Of a DNA stretch of 64,000 bases, positions 62,701-64,000 are shown one piece after another (position 1 is the first letter of the stretch; each line of letters opens with the position of its first letter). A program made the position numbers and the translations under genes. This stretch comes from Rhodospirillales bacterium. Its GTDB lineage: Bacteria; Pseudomonadota; Alphaproteobacteria; Rhodospirillales; UBA2165. The notes under the pieces are model-generated. The model saw only the letters and a list, made by a program, of their open reading frames with translations, was not told the origin of the DNA and ran no database searches. Where the stretch lies: NCBI GenBank assembly GCA_965213765.1, contig OZ243926.1:130971-194970 (forward strand), written 5' to 3'.

Positions 62701-64000
62701 TCAAAGCCGGGCCCGGCGCAACCGCAGCGCATTGGTAATCACCGAGACCGAGCTTAGGCTCATGGCGATGCTGGCGAAGATCGGGCTCAGCAACAGTCCA
62801 AACCACGGGAACAGAATTCCCGCCGCCAGCGGCACGCCCAATAAGTTGTAAACAAAAGCAAAACCCAGGTTCTGGCGAATGTTGCGCATGGTCGCCACAC
62901 TGAGATTCCGGGCCCGGACGATGCCGCGGAGATCTCCTTTCACCAGGGTCAGGCCGGCACTTTCGACGGCAATATCGGAGCCGTCGCCCATGGCGATACC
63001 CACATCCGCCAGCGCCAGGGCCGGCGCATCGTTGATGCCGTCGCCCGCCATGGCGACCACCTTGCCGGCCGCCTTCAGATCGTTGATCAAGGCCGCTTTC
63101 GCCTGCGGGGGAATGCCCGCGTGGATCTGCCCGACGCCAAGTTCCGACCCAACGGCCTGCGCCGTGCCGACCGCATCGCCGGTGGCCATGATGATTTCAA
63201 TCCCCGCCTGTTTCAGCAACGGAACGGCTTCGCGGGTACTTTCCTTAATCGGGTCGGTGACCATGAGAAGTGCAAGCAGTTCCGTATCCCGGGCCATATA
63301 GATCACCGTGCCGCCTGCGGCGGATAACTTTTCCGCCATATCCTGAAGATGGTCTATCCCGATACCCTGTTCCGCCATGAGCGACGGCCCCCCGAGGAAC
63401 GTGACATGGCCGTCGATGGTGCCACTGACGCCCAGTCCGTCCAGAGATTTGAATTCCGTGGCCTCGGCTGGTGTCAGGTCCCTCTCCAGCGCGGACTGCA
63501 AGATGGCCCGGGCGATGGGATGAGCGCTGCCGACTTCGAGAGAAGCGGCCAGGCGGAGTGCTTCCTCCTCGCTCGCGCCGCCCATGGGAAGGACCCGGGA
63601 CAAAACCGGGCGGCCCTCGGTCAGTGTGCCCGTTTTATCGACAACCAATGTGTCCACCCGTTCCAGGGTTTCGAGAGCTTCGGCATCCCGGGCGAGCACA
63701 CCGGCCCGCGCGCCCCAGCCCATGGCGACCATGATCGACATGGGCGTCGCCAGCCCGAGCGCACAGGGACACGCAATGATCAAGACGGCGACGGCATTGA
63801 GAAGCGCAAATGTGAGCCGAGGTTCCGGCCCCACCGCCGCCCAGATGGCGAAGGTCGCGGCCGCCACCAAAACCACCGCGGGGACGAAATACCCGGCGGC
63901 GACATCAGCCAGCCTTTGGATGGGCGCCCGGCTTCGCTGAGCGTCGGCAACCATCTGGACCAGCTTGGACAGCATGGTTTCACGGCCAACCCGGTCGGCG
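62701..64000 (-). CDS. copA: Copper-translocating P1B-type ATPase (5' part outside the window)
   Basis: CPCALGL, DKTGTLT, GDGINDAP, YN and MSLSS motifs; frame open to the window edge. Confidence 0.95.
   Translation of the reverse strand, partial: ADRVGRETMLSKLVQMVADAQRSRAPIQRLADVAAGYFVPAVVLVAAATFAIWAAVGPEPRLTFALLNAVAVLIIACPCALGLATPMSIMVAMGWGARAGVLARDAEALETLERVDTLVVDKTGTLTEGRPVLSRVLPMGGASEEEALRLAASLEVGSAHPIARAILQSALERDLTPAEATEFKSLDGLGVSGTIDGHVTFLGGPSLMAEQGIGIDHLQDMAEKLSAAGGTVIYMARDTELLALLMVTDPIKESTREAVPLLKQAGIEIIMATGDAVGTAQAVGSELGVGQIHAGIPPQAKAALINDLKAAGKVVAMAGDGINDAPALALADVGIAMGDGSDIAVESAGLTLVKGDLRGIVRARNLSVATMRNIRQNLGFAFVYNLLGVPLAAGILFPWFGLLLSPIFASIAMSLSSVSVITNALRLRRARL

Overview
High-GC alphaproteobacterial chromosome segment (Rhodospirillales-like gene order; taxonomy is inferred from synteny only). 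Most of it is conserved housekeeping backbone: parC-recO, era-rnc-lepB, acpS-pdxJ-spoT-rpoZ-folK, NYN/UDG, smpB-dapA-slt, M23/bactofilin, pgpA-cinA, lipA-lpd-pdhCBA, ftsB-eno-kdsA-pyrG-secG-tpiA, ppiD-trpE and cueR-copA (partial). Single catabolic or envelope genes are inserted between these genes: thiolase, HD-domain protein, arylsulfate sulfotransferase, Rieske oxygenase, LLM monooxygenase, VOC protein, MetE-like protein, metallophosphoesterase and lipoproteins. I found no integrase, transposase, tRNA, rRNA or CRISPR array. The most interesting signals are non-coding or small: (i) a 10-bp-period five-copy array next to IHF-like sites in an enlarged era-recO spacer; (ii) a ~270-bp MITE with 26-bp inverted ends bounded by CTAG, inserted at a stop codon; (iii) a TTAGTG hexamer array in front of a DUF6641-like gene in an accessory islet that also holds a YHYH protein pair; (iv) a repeat-dense spacer and a 3-gene insertion splitting acpS-lepB; (v) candidate LexA (parC), NrdR-like (pyrG) and CtrA/GANTC (ftsB) sites; (vi) a PhnZ/MIOX-like HD protein and a decayed ABM monooxygenase gene. 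I cannot demonstrate a complete new multi-gene system from the sequence alone. All family assignments come from motif recognition, not database searches.
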